Below are positions 34,491 through 46,430 of a DNA stretch of 64,000 nucleotides, in pieces (the first letter of the stretch is position 1; each line of letters opens with the position of its first letter). Source of the DNA: Chrysemys picta bellii (lineage: Eukaryota); assembly GCF_011386835.1 (NCBI RefSeq), contig NC_088813.1, forward strand, positions 10,044,001-10,108,000. The letters run 5' to 3'. Both the position numbers and the translations under genes were made by a program. The notes beneath the pieces are model-generated. The model was not told where the DNA came from. It searched no databases and saw only the letters and a list, made by a program, of their open reading frames with translations.

Positions 34491-35400
34491 GCCGGCGCCC
34501 CCTCTCTGCTCTCAGGCCGGGGGCTGCCCCGGCGGCCCCTGCAGGCTCCTCTTGAAGGGGGACTCGGGCGGCTCCGGCCGGCCGCGGCGCAGCTTGCCCG
34601 CCGCCCAGGGCACGCAGCCGCCCAGCGCCGAGGCCAGCAGGGCGGGCGGCCGCGCCTTGCGGGAGCGCCGCAGGCTCTTCTTGAGGCGCTGCCCGTGGGC
34701 CGCCAGGTAGATCTGGGCCTGGCCGGCGCCGCTGCCCAGGCGGGCCAGGCTCTCGGCGCGGCCGGCCATGCGCAGCTCGGCCTGCACGAAGACGCGGTGC
34801 AGCTGCTGCACCCGGTTCTCCAGCTCCAGCACCAGCCGCCGCCGGCCCTCCACCTCCAGCAGCCGCCGCCGGGCTTCGGCCAGCTCCAGCGCCCGCACGG
34901 CCCCGGGCAGCGCCGAGCCGCCCGCCGCCTCCTCCGCCCGCCGCCGGGGCTTGCCCGCTCCGCCGCTGCCGGCCAGCTCCGGGTCTCCGCCGGGCGGGGG
35001 CGCCGCGCTGCCGCCGGGCATCGGGGGCTCCGCTGCTCCCCGGGGATGGGATGGGATGGGATGGGGGAGTCCCTGCTGCCGAGCCCCGGTTTCTCCCCCA
35101 CCCCTGCGGCTGCTCGCTTCGGCGGGGACCCCCCGGCCCCGAGCGCTGCTGTGCGAGGAAGCTCCCGCCGCTCTGGCACCGGCGCCGGGCGCCTGCCGCC
35201 CTTATAAAGGGACGGGGCTGGCACGGAGCGGAGAGATGCTTCCCTGAGCCGGTCACGGGAGCCGCAGCGCCATCACTCAGGCGGCCGGCAGCGCCCCCGC
35301 CCCGCCGCTCCCATCCTCCGCCAGGTGCCTTCCCCTCGCTCGCACCCCCAGCCCCTGTTCCACCAGCTTCCCTTCTTCCCCCAGCCCCCCTGGCTCTTAG
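34490..35400 (-). promoter_or_regulatory. TRNP1: TRNP1 CpG island and promoter with TATA-like element (~35201-35208)
   Basis: Very high GC and CpG content; minus-strand cctttataaggg lies ~180 nt upstream of the ATG; GC boxes (ccgccccg). Confidence 0.65.
34512..35021 (-). CDS. TRNP1: TMF-regulated nuclear protein 1 (single coding exon, 169 aa)
   Basis: RALELAEARRRLLEVEGRRRLVLELENRVQQLHRVFVQAELR...YLAAHGQRLKK...RPPALLASALGGCVPW...PESPF matches the TRNP1 helical core and C-terminus as I recall them. Starts MPG like the mammalian protein; head-to-head synteny with KDF1. Confidence 0.95.
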   Translation of the reverse strand: MPGGSAAPPPGGDPELAGSGGAGKPRRRAEEAAGGSALPGAVRALELAEARRRLLEVEGRRRLVLELENRVQQLHRVFVQAELRMAGRAESLARLGSGAGQAQIYLAAHGQRLKKSLRRSRKARPPALLASALGGCVPWAAGKLRRGRPEPPESPFKRSLQGPPGQPPA

Positions 35401-35431
35401 GAGTAAACTCCATGTGAAGGAAGGAATTTAC

Positions 35432-35706
35432 AAACTGGGTTCAGAAAATAAATAGATACGTTCCTGGGGGGGAATAGGTCCATCAGTGGCTATGAGCCAA
35501 GATGCTCAGGGAGGCAACCCTATGCTCAGAATGGCCTTAAACTGATGATTGTCAGAAGCTGGGGCTGGACAACAGGGGATGGATCCCTTGATAACTGCCC
35601 TGTTCTGTTTGTTCCTGCTGAAGCATCTGGTACTGGTCACTGTTGGAAGACAGGGTACTGGGCTGGGTGGACCCTTGGTCTGACCCAGTATGGCCATTCT
35701 TATGTT
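35432..35706 (+). mobile_element. CR1 3'-end fragment
   Basis: ataggtccatcagtggctat...ggacccttggtctgacccagtatggccattcttatgtt is the same CR1 3'UTR family as at 8918. Confidence 0.85.
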
Positions 35707-36265
35707 TGTATGAATTCTGAGCACCAACACTGCTCTAGCAGCCCTCGCTATGCTCCCCAACACCTCAGCCACACACACCCCATACCCTGACCCAGACACA
35801 CAGACTCTATGCAGGCATACACCCCTTCCCCAAACACACACCCCTACCCAAGCATACATACCCCCTCCACAAGCGTACACCCCTTCCATAAATACCTATG
35901 TATCCATTCACATCCCTTCCCCAGACATCCCCCTACCCATTCCCCAAACCCACACTCCCCTCAAATGCATAGACACTCTCCCCCGACACAAACACTCTCC
36001 TCACACACTCACACTGTTGTATTCTCTTCTGTTCAGGCCATGCCCATCACCTTGGCATCTGAGGGCACTAGCCTTCCCCCAAACACTCCTTTTTTCCCAA
36101 AAAAGCACACAGCTCTGCTTGACACTGAATACTCTGCCCTAAGTAAAGACTTTGTGTTCCTGGAATGGTGATGGTTATTGTCGTGGGTATCATCAGTAAA
36201 TAGACTGAAGGGAAGTGAGGTGGGCAGGGAGCTGACTAGAGACTATCTCGCGAGGCACCTAGAGA

Positions 36266-36949
36266 CAGGGCGGCGAGTTGTATGGGCCCGTGGTGCCTGT
36301 GCTCCACCAATATGAGAGCACAGGGGCCTAGCTCCACAAAGTTCGGGGCCGGGTCTCCCCCCCCCAGCCCCGCCTGCCGTCCCCAGGCAATTTAAAAGAG
36401 CCCCGGTCCCCTGTCACCACCACCAACAGCACAATGGGGCTAAGGTGGCTTCCTGTCCCCCTGTTCTGCTTCCGGAAGCTGCCGGAAGCCACCGGCACGT
36501 CCCTGGGGGGGCAGTGTCTCCACGCGCTGCCCCAGCCCCAAGCGCCGACTCTGTGAACTGCACCCAAGGGGAGCTGTGGGGGCAGTGCCTGCAGGCAGTG
36601 GCACGTGGAGACCCCTCCGGCCCCCTGCCTAGGAGCTACTGCTAGAGGGGGGTTCGGATCGCTTTTGGGAGCCGCCCGAGGTAAGTGCTGCACCCCTCAG
36701 CCTCTCCCTCACCCCAATCCCCTGCCCCAGCCCAGAGCCTGCTCCCCAACTTCCTCCCTGCACCTGCTCCTGCCCCCCAACCAGCTGCCCCCCAACCCCA
36801 TGCCCCAGCCCAGAGCCCGCACCCACACTCCCTCCCAGAGCCCTCCTCCCGCACTCAAACTCCCTCACAGGGCCTTAGGTGGGAGGGGGCGGGCGGGACT
36901 TGGACCCGTTCTGGGCACCACCAAAAATTATACAAACCTGCGGCCCCTG
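36266..36949. mobile_element. GC-rich hAT non-autonomous element (684 bp)
   Basis: Ends cagggcggcg / cggcccctg; TSD cctagaga / cctaggga (7 of 8). Confidence 0.75.
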
Positions 36950-39900
36950 CCTAGGGACATCTGACATGCCTTCAGCTGTCAGAAGATTAATATATACAGC
37001 TTAAAATCATCTCTATTTACCAGCCTAGCCACGAGAAGAATTCCTTACATTTGTCAGTGTTTTTGGTGCATTTATTCTACAAACCTCCTCCATTCTTCTC
37101 CCCTCATGAGATTTTTGGGTGCGGTAGGGCCTCGAAGGGGTTAATAGAATAGGAATTTCTTTCCTGGACTTAGAGCCTGTCAGTGAGACAGTTAAAGAAG
37201 ATTGTGGGGCTGATGGTTTTTTTCCTCTGTGGTTTGCAGAATTCAGGTGTCTGAGCGTCTTGCCCTGCTACCGGAAAGAACAAATGAAGAGGCTGCCACA
37301 GGCCCGTAGCTTCAGGCATCCTCAGTCACAGTGTTTGAGTTTGGAAGGTGGCGAGAAGTTGATCCCTTTGCAACCTCCTCAGGGAACTGTTTTGCTAAAG
37401 CTATACGGGCTGTGTATCACAAAGGCAAAATATCTGCTCTTCAGACGTAATGCTATGAGCTAGGAAGGAAAGTCAGACTGACAAGGCAGGGGTCAGCAGT
37501 AACTAGGAAGGGGGTGAACTCAATAAGGTGGGCCCCTTATTGCCCAGTGAGGAGGGTCCTCCATCTTCATAAAGATGTTCAATAGGAAAATAAAAGTGAC
37601 TTATCAGTAGAGCCCAGTGGCCCGGAACTGCAGATCCTCTGTTTCAGCATTCGCACTGATAGTGCAGCGTGACTGCCAATAACATTATTATATAAGACGT
37701 TGTTAATAAAGCTTAGAGTGGGCTGGGTTGACAGGAGATCACAGAACCAGTCAAAAAAAGGGAGCGCATTCTGGAGTGAGAAAGTGACATCTGCTCCCAG
37801 CTGGCAAACAGAGGCAGCAGCACTGGCCATCCCCATCCTGGGGTATTTTCCTCTTAAGTTTCCTGCTCTTATCAGGACACAGTGTGACTAACAGCTGGGC
37901 TTTAAGGCACACGAGAGGCATATGGATGTGTGCACCGGGGGCAGGGTGGGCGTGCATTTCACATTGTTCAGAAACAAACTCTTGAGTTTGCCGATGCTGC
38001 CACATGCCACTCAGACATCAACGCCACATCAGACTCTGTTGCATCACCACTCGGCCTGCCCCTGACTGCCAGCTAGTGCAATCAACAACAGCCCTCTCGC
38101 CAGTTAGCAAACCCATTTTGATATCCCCTCTGCTTCTGCCACAACACCTAGGATGGAAAGCTCTTCCTTGCTCCTCCACAGGAAGCAGCCGTGTTCTAAG
38201 CATCCTTGAACAAGACATTGAGCACAAAATCGTTGTTACGGACTAAGGTGCTATTGAGGAATGATACCTATTCTAAACCTGAGTTGTTGCTTTATATATA
38301 TGTATGGAACGTGCTGTATAAAATCTAAGGCAAAATCCAAGCTCAGTTTTAACTGTGGGACCACGGTTAGAGCCATAGCGTATTCTTTGTTGTTATTTAA
38401 CAAGGTCCCTTTTGTAAGACGCACCTTGCTGTCACCTACAAAGTTATCTCCTCACCGTCTATCCGCCCCTCCAAAACAACCCTCCATAGGGTGAGTGCTA
38501 CTAGGTATAATTTATGAGTCAGAAAATCCTCCGCTGTAATTATTGACTCTGCTTTTATGGAACTTGTACCTCCAAGGAATGAAGAAAAACATCTTGAAAA
38601 GACTGGTTGCATCTCCCCCCAGCCCGTGGGAGCAATAAAGAAAGGCGAGAAAGAGCCTTGCTCTCCTTGGATTAAAATCTAATGATGAAATAATTGCATG
38701 TTGTTCTGATTTCCCCCCCCCCCCCCCTTACGCTGGAGAGCAGAAATTCCCTTGGCTGTATTTGCGCTCTCAGGTGAGCATTCGAGCCATGTTCTGCATT
38801 AATTTGCAATAGCTCGGCCATGAAGAACCACACACATCACGCGGGCGTCTGTCTGTGACTGACTGTCAGGGACTGAGAATTACTTTGTTTATTTCCTTAC
38901 ATATATTTCATCTCTTTTCCCATCAGCTGCACCTGGTGAAACATGCCGCAGAGAAATGAAAGGCGGACAGGCAGAAGTACAAACTGAGTAGACAGGAGAA
39001 AAAAGACAGGAAGCTGGGAACTGGAGAGAAATTTGCTTAAATGTGCAATAATTTGGGATTGTGAATTGCTGAATAGATGTGGAAGTTTGTTGGCTGTGAA
39101 TGTTCATTTTAAAGGAAAAGCCTCAGGAATTAGTTACGAGGCCACATTTTCAACAGTGCTCAGCTGTTTTCATTGTCCCCAGCAGCGGCAGGCTTGTTCT
39201 GAGTTGACTTATTCTTAGGGACTGATCCTGCTGCCATTTAAATCAATGGCGAAACTACCTTTGATTTAAAGTAGAGCAGTATCCTATTAATGATACTTCA
39301 CCCATAGATCCCAAAGCACTTTACAAAAGAACGTAAGTATTGTTATCCCCATTTTACAAACAGGGAAACTGAGAGGGGAAGTGACTACTGACAATCACTT
39401 AGCAGCTCTGTGGCAGAACTAGGATGAGAACCCAGATGTCCTGACTCCTAATCCAGTGTCCTGGCCCCTGTACCACACAGCTAAAGCAATCTCTAGAAGT
39501 GTATTAGCAGATGGATGGTCAGACTGTTTTTAGACATACCTCTCCTTGTTTCGTTCTTTCCTCAACCGTGAATGGTGCTGGGAGCTGCCCTTTTGATATG
39601 TTAGACTCCTGCTGGGAAATAATCCTTTGTGCTTCTCTAGCATCCTTTGTCTGAGACAACTGGTAATATTCACCTCTCCCCTTTCAGGTGGGTGGGTATT
39701 ATTATTTCCAGTTTGCAAATGGGTAAACTAAGATTAAGTGACTTGTCCAAAGCCAGTCAATGGTGGAGCTGGGACTAGAACCCAGGAGTCCTGACTTGTT
39801 CTTCCTTGCACCATATAACCCTTTGACTAGAGTCCCTTCCAAATAATAAATAAGAATAAGTGAGATGACCCAGGCTTTCCAGACAACAACGTTGGAAAGT

Positions 39901-42900
39901 CTCCTGCCTTTCTTATGTATGCAAATGCTGCATTGATTGTGCCTTCATTGTAAGCCATCAAACTGTCAGTACGACAGCTTCCTGTTTGAATGTTAATCAT
40001 TCTGCTATTTTAATGTTCCACGCACATTTTATTTCTGGTTTGCTCTTCTTTGCACTTGGATGTGCAGAAGTAATTAGAATATTACAGACCTTGCATTGCA
40101 GATTGCCTTGTTCTTTCCTTTTAGCCATTCTTCAATCAATGGGTCTGGCTTCCAATACGCAGCTATACTGTGGCAGGCTGCGTGATTCATCTGCCACAAG
40201 ATAGCTGTGATTCAGTCAGACAGCAGGCCCCTGCTCTGTTTAAAGGAGCTATTCTCAGTACATCACCCTAGCAGTAATCAAGATCAAATGCAACTAAAGT
40301 CTCAGTAATTGTGAGCTGAATCCTGCAGCTCTTCAAGGGGAGTTTTGCCTAAGTAAGGACTACAGAATTGCCCCCCCCTCCCCCTGTCAATATCTATCAC
40401 TTTAGGCCAGAAGTGTTGGATTGCATTGTCAAACACTGGAACGTGGATCTCCTCTCTGATTTTTCCTGCATTTGGTTTTAGACTGGTTCAGGAAACTCTG
40501 GGTTAGGGAACATCTCCCAGTCCCGACCCCAGCACCCAATCTGGCTGTTCCCTGGATCCAAGTAATTACAGATCTGACCCTGTTAGTTCACAAGGTTTAG
40601 CACATAAAGGGCATGTCCCCTCTTCAAAGCACTTCACACATGTTAATCTGTCCCCCAACACCCCTGGGAAACAGGTAACTAAAAATTACTCCTCAGTTAC
40701 CAAAGGCAGAGAAGTGAATGGCCTGATCCTGTTCCCACTGATGTAGAAATGACAGTTTTGTCTTCTCTACAATGGGCGCAGGCTCAGGCCGTCAGTGACT
40801 TACCCAAGGCCAGACAGTGAGCCAGTGGCTAAGCAGGGATGTGAACTCAAGCCCTCCTTGAGGCCCTGCCGCTTGTTTAGCCAACAGGACCCCACTGTCT
40901 CTCACAAGTAAGCCCATCGTCCTGAGATGGAGCCATCCAAGGACCCCTCTCACACGGGCACAGCTGTTCTCCCAGTGGTAGTTCTGGATCCAGGGCACTC
41001 CTTCCTTTTTCCGCCCCAAGCTTTCAGTGATAGAATCATCTGCCATGAGGATTTCCCCTCACCGTTGCCTAGCACTGGAGCAGCTCCAGGGCTCAAGTGT
41101 TTTGACCACCACGTCGTCTAAACCTGTGCAGAGCAGGGGGTAAAGATGCCAGTAGCTGCTCCACACTCGTGCTCCCATAGCCACCTGTGCCAGCGTCAGA
41201 GCGAAGTAGGGAGAAGTACAAGGCTCCCAGTTACGCCATGAAGCAGAGATCTCGGACATTCTGCTCCACACCCGAGGGTCTCACAGCCCTTCCGATGGGT
41301 CGTAAAAGGCTCCAGGCTTCCCAGCCGTCACTGATGCACCGCACAGTCCAACTGCCCACAGGCAGAGAGAATGCAAATAAAGGGAAAGTATTATATTAAA
41401 GGCAATAGCCCCCACACACACACACATACGAGCACCCCCCACATCCCAAGAACAAATGTTACCCCGCAAGCCCTTTGTGCCTGGAGCTTGTGCTTCAGCC
41501 ATAAGAGACAGGCTGCAATGCTGACGGATCTCTGCCCATGCTGACAAGCTTTTAATGATTTAGCAGAGAAGTCTGGATTTAGCAGCACTCAGAATAAACC
41601 TCTTTGATGTAAAAGCTGGTTTGTGAGCCCTGCCAGTAACAGACACTAGCACACATGCTTATACAGGTACTTGATACCACCACATTGCAACCCAAGACAC
41701 AAAAAAACACACCCAACCCAAATGTGCAGGTATATGTGATCATTATTATTTTAATACACTCTATACCCAGCTGCTCATGCATCATTACCAACCCTCATGA
41801 TATTATCCTGAGTCTCACGATATCTGGTGTTTTACCTCAAGCCACAGCTCCTGGAGTCATGGGATTATGTCAGGCTCTTGCCTTGCATTTAAAAAAAAAA
41901 AAAGTTTATAGCCCTCATGATTGCAGAGAAAAACTGGACAATGTGACCCACAGGTGCCCCTAAAATGTCAGAAGCCAGAAAGCAAATAAGAACTCCAGTT
42001 TTTTTTAACTCATTATTTTTAAGCCAATGATACAGTACACTACATCACATATGGAACAGAGAGCAAGACACCAAGTGGCAGGGAAGTGACTTGCTCAAGG
42101 CCATAAGGAGAGTAACCAGGCCTGCTGCCTCCCATGTGCCTGAGCGTCACACAACAGGCAGTCTGCCTCAGTTTCCCCTCTTGGACTGTTAAAGAAACTC
42201 AAAAAAAAAAAAAAAAACCTCTTGTCCATTCCCATCCCTTCTCAGCTGGTGCTTTATTAAATTAACAAACATTCAAAATGAAGTTTTCAAGTGCATCCAA
42301 AAGTCCACACAAAACAAAGGTTTCTTGTCCTCCTCCCAGCCTTCCTGTCTGGGGCCTTTACTACTTTGGCAGGCCACTCCCAGGCTGGAATCTAGTCCCT
42401 GAGGAAGTATGTATGTATTTCTCTCTCCTTACCTCCATTGCAGCCTCCTGCTATTTTTTCTAGGGCAATCACTCTAGCTCCAGGGGTAGCTCATTCTGTG
42501 ATCAGGGTTGGTTAGCCCCAGGCCTCCAATGGTGAGCCACTTTGTTAGAGAGAGACAGTAGCAGAGTGGGGAATAGGGCCTGGGCATATTGACGCCCAGT
42601 CCTAGGTCCTATTCACGGCCTCTCTGGTAGTAAGACCTTAATTTTTCAGCTTGCAAGAAGCCACAGGAGCAACTGCCCATAGCAATAGATAGACCCATGG
42701 CAGACATTTAGAAAAACACCTGAGAGCAATTTGCAACCGTTCATACACACAACCTACCATACACCTGACCCTCCAACAGACCAGACAGGAAACAAGACCC
42801 CCAATCCTCCCTTGCACACTGATGTTCACATGCGCTAACGTGCACACACACCCCAATGGTGACACATTCAGCCAGACAAGAGATGGGGCCATGCCACAGG

Positions 42901-44639
42901 ATCAGGGCTTCTCTGAAATGTTTGGGGGTGTCATGGTCAGACCTGGCGTCAAGCCCATCTCAAACACAGATATATCCCTTCCTCCCCTGCTGCATCCTAT
43001 CACCCTCTGGAGTTCATGTTCCAGGCAGGCTATTTTCCAGGCTAGTTTGAGTCCTGATTTGTTTCAAACAGATTGTACTTTGGAGACTAGGCATTTGGAG
43101 AGAACGCATTTAATCTGCTTTTAGCTTTCCGTGATTCAGCAATAGCCCAGCTGTTCCTGCTGCTCTGATGCGTCCACGCTGCCGCTGCTTCCCTTGGCAT
43201 ACCCTTGGCATCACCCTCTTCACCCATTTAACCTCGGGGGTAAAGGTAACTCCAGCATCCTTGCCATCTCTGCACTAGGCAGGCCACTGTGCTTCTCTCT
43301 GCTTCAGAGTCTGCCATCCTCTCTGCGAGGCCTGTGGGCCTGGAGTGAGCATGAGACGTCCTGCCTCATTCGGTGGGCTGCAGCTGCATGCTGCCAAAGG
43401 GGGGGGGCTCATACCCACAAGGAATTAGAGGTAAAGCTTTAGGTATTGGGCAGATTTTGTCTCTGTTGTGTGCATATGAAGGAATGTGGTGGGGGGGGTT
43501 GTGATAATGAGCAGCATGGGACAAACCCTGTTTCCCTCCTTCCACAGCAGAATCAACTCAAGGAGGCGGAAGGCGGGAGAAGGCAGTGTTGTCCACTGGT
43601 TAGAGCTGGAGGCTAGGTGTCGAGAGACCTGTGTCCTAGTTCTAGCTCTGCCACTGACTTGCTGTGTGTAACCTTGGGTAAGTTACTTAACCTCAGTTAA
43701 GTCATCTGTAAACTGGGGAAAACAGTACTGCCCCACCCCTGACCAGGTTGGGAAGCTTTGCTGATGTGTGTACTCCTCGCATAGGAGCCCCACAGAAGGA
43801 CTAAATTGTGTTATTACAGACGGGGTGGGGCAGAGACAACCTTTGGCAGAGGCAGAGCCAGTCGCTGTGCTTTACGGAGGACCCTCTCCCGTCTGACCTG
43901 ATCTTCTCCATCGGCACATCCTGGTCCCCTGTCCAAGCAGGAGTCCAGGTTCCTGCTCAGTAATCTGCAGCCGGCATCCCTCTGCCCAGACATGCCCCTG
44001 AAGCCTTGGTACCCAGCAGCTGAGACATCTTGTCACCTTCAAGGCCCCATTGCCAGCAAGTGCAAAGGATCCTGGGAGCACATTTGGGAACTAGAGGCGT
44101 CTCTTGCAGTATCTCAGCAACAGCAAAGATGCCCGTGGGGGGGAGGACAACTTGGCTGATAGGGCCCAGGATGGGCTGGGAGGAGGGAGAACTGCTTTGG
44201 ATGCAGCTGATCTTAAAAAATCTCCACAGTTTGGGGGCTGAAATCTCATGAGACCAGCTCATGAAATTCCATTGCTGTCAAATTCAAACCCAAACCACCC
44301 CCCAGGCTTGATTCAGCCACAGACCAGGTCTTGAGCACCTGCCTCACTGAATCCAGTTCTGAACACTGCTTTCTTGGCCCATCCATAGCACGTCCTTTCC
44401 ACCTATGGTACCTGCTCAATACACGCTGACCTGGACTGTCTGTGTGGAATAGGTGTGTGACCATATTGTAAATCAGAGTGAAAATATTGCAAATATGGGC
44501 AGCTTTAATTCTATTTAACCCCTTCCACCCTGGATTTTGCCGCTGAGCAGGAACACAGGGTGTGACTGATTGAAATAGACAGATGACACAACAAAATAAG
44601 TATTACATATTTTTTAATCAGCTGGTGCTGAGATGTCCA

Positions 44640-44920
44640 ATCTAAATAAACTTGCTGGCCCTTAGATGAAAAATAGAAGAGAGGTCCTGCTCACTCATGG
44701 TCCTTAAACATCCTATGATGAGTTCATAAGTGCATGGGTGCTAGCCCCATTTTCCTAACTAAATTGCATCTCAAATACTTACATTCAGCCTCCTTCGCTT
44801 TGCAGCAGTAGTTTTACTTGGCTGCGGTATCCTTATTCACTTCCGGTCCTAAAATGTTGTGCAGTGTTACTGTGCGCTGTTATACCGCTACCACATTCCC
44901 CTCCAGAGGTGGCTCTACAC
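44640..44920 (+). mobile_element. AmnSINE1-like Deu-domain fragment
   Basis: gaggtcctgctcactcatggtccttaaacatcc...cacttccggtcctaaaatgttgtgcagtgttactgtgcgctgtta...cccctccagaggtggct matches the recalled Deu/AmnSINE1 consensus. Confidence 0.7.
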
Positions 44921-44922
44921 AG

Positions 44923-45455
44923 TGTTGTACTTAAAGTACTGCACAGGATCTTTTCAGGGGGAATAAGGCAAAACGCCACATTTATTAGCAATACATGTAT
45001 TCATTAACACTGTATTATATGCATATAATATATTACACTTACACTCACACACACACACAAACACACTCCGTCTTCTTGTTACCAATTAGTTGCTCCCCTT
45101 AACTTCACTGGCCAGGTGAGTTAGATGGGGGAGGGGGTGGAGCCGGGCTTCTGCCGATCCGGATCGATGCTCCCATGTTGACAAGACGAGACCCGGGGTC
45201 CTCTGCAAGACACCTCACTTTTATAGCAGCTTTCCTCTTATGCAAATCTATACCAGATTCAAACTCTGTGTCTGTGTTCATTGGTTCTTTGTGCTGCTTT
45301 CTTTTGAGTGTTGTCCCAATGCTGCAAAGAGGGTGTTTCCAAAAGAAGGTGCTTGCTTCTAACCCCTGAGGCCGTCGGTATGTCTGCTTGTCTTTAATGA
45401 GCCCACTTGACACGTTTTATTGTCCTTGGGTCTGGCTCCCAGCCCCTCTCCAACA
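44923..45455 (-). mobile_element. Probable solo LTR
   Basis: On the minus strand: CCAAT (~45283), TATAAAA (45219-45225), AATAAA (~44982), then a ...tacaaca end. An octamer atgcaaat lies at ~45240. No convincing TSD, and the right boundary is uncertain (45412 or 45455). Confidence 0.5.
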
Positions 45456-46133
45456 GTTGAGGCTGTCTGGAGGTGCTGCCTTCCATGCCTTGCTCATCCA
45501 CACCTCATTCATTCAACAGGTCAATTGATTAAGAGGGGATGGGGGGAGAGCTATTGTTCTACTGCTAGCAAAAAGAATTTTTTCTTCTATATTATTCTAT
45601 CCTTAGGGCTATAATATTATACCAAGGGCAATGCAAAGTTTCTAAATGAGGCTTTGATACAAAGTCCCATGAAAACAGAGGTCACACGTGGGTAGACCCA
45701 CCACAAGGTTATATGAAGAGGCACAATGTAGAGTTATGTGAAAATTATCAGAGATTGATCTACAACAGGTGTGCAAAGGAAGGGTAGAGAACCCGCAGTC
45801 ACCCCTCAAGAAGAGGCCAACCACAGCTAGGATGGGGAGTGTAGACACTGCATTAGGCCAGTGACATCCCAAAGGCAGGTCAGAGGCACTCGTTTGAGAC
45901 CCTCTGACCCTTTAAGCTCCCCGTCCCCAGAAGAACTAAACTATCTCAGGGTTGTTGGAGCACCCACTGCACCCGTTCAAAGGTTGCCAGAGCTCCAACT
46001 GTAGCGTGCGCCCCTCTAGAGCCCCCAGGAATTCTGAGGGAGTGCACGCTGCTCCATCAGGAGCTCTTGCTTCAGTACAGCCTCCCGGTTCCCTCACTTC
46101 ACCCCATCTCCCCAGTCCAGCCAGCGTGGCTTA

Positions 46134-46430
46134 GGGCTTGTCGTTAGCTCGAGTGATCTACACTCTAGTTAACTCCTCTCAGGTCAGTCTAGCTCGTGTG
46201 AGAGCAGTGACAGTCCAAAAGAACAGTCGAGCATCACCGAGTAATGGCATTAGCAGCACATACTAGCTGGAGCATCGGCAGTCCTGGAGCTTCAACCCCT
46301 CGACAGGCTGGTTAGATTGAGTTTAGTACACCACCTGCCTCGAGCTGGTGATTACTGTGTGGGAATGGGAGGTGGGTTCAGGGCTACCCTGGAGTTATAC
46401 CAGGAGCTAACACTGCAGCTGGCGGACGCT
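46134..46430. mobile_element. Degenerate Harbinger-type MITE
   Basis: tta|gggcttgtc...gacgct|tta with an internal tctacact motif. Confidence 0.45.

Noticed and set aside
34315-35256. Long ORFs of 313, 270, 170 and 159 aa overlapping TRNP1
   Set aside because: Alternative-frame or antisense shadows of very GC-rich DNA and the minisatellite; only the 169-aa frame matches a known protein.
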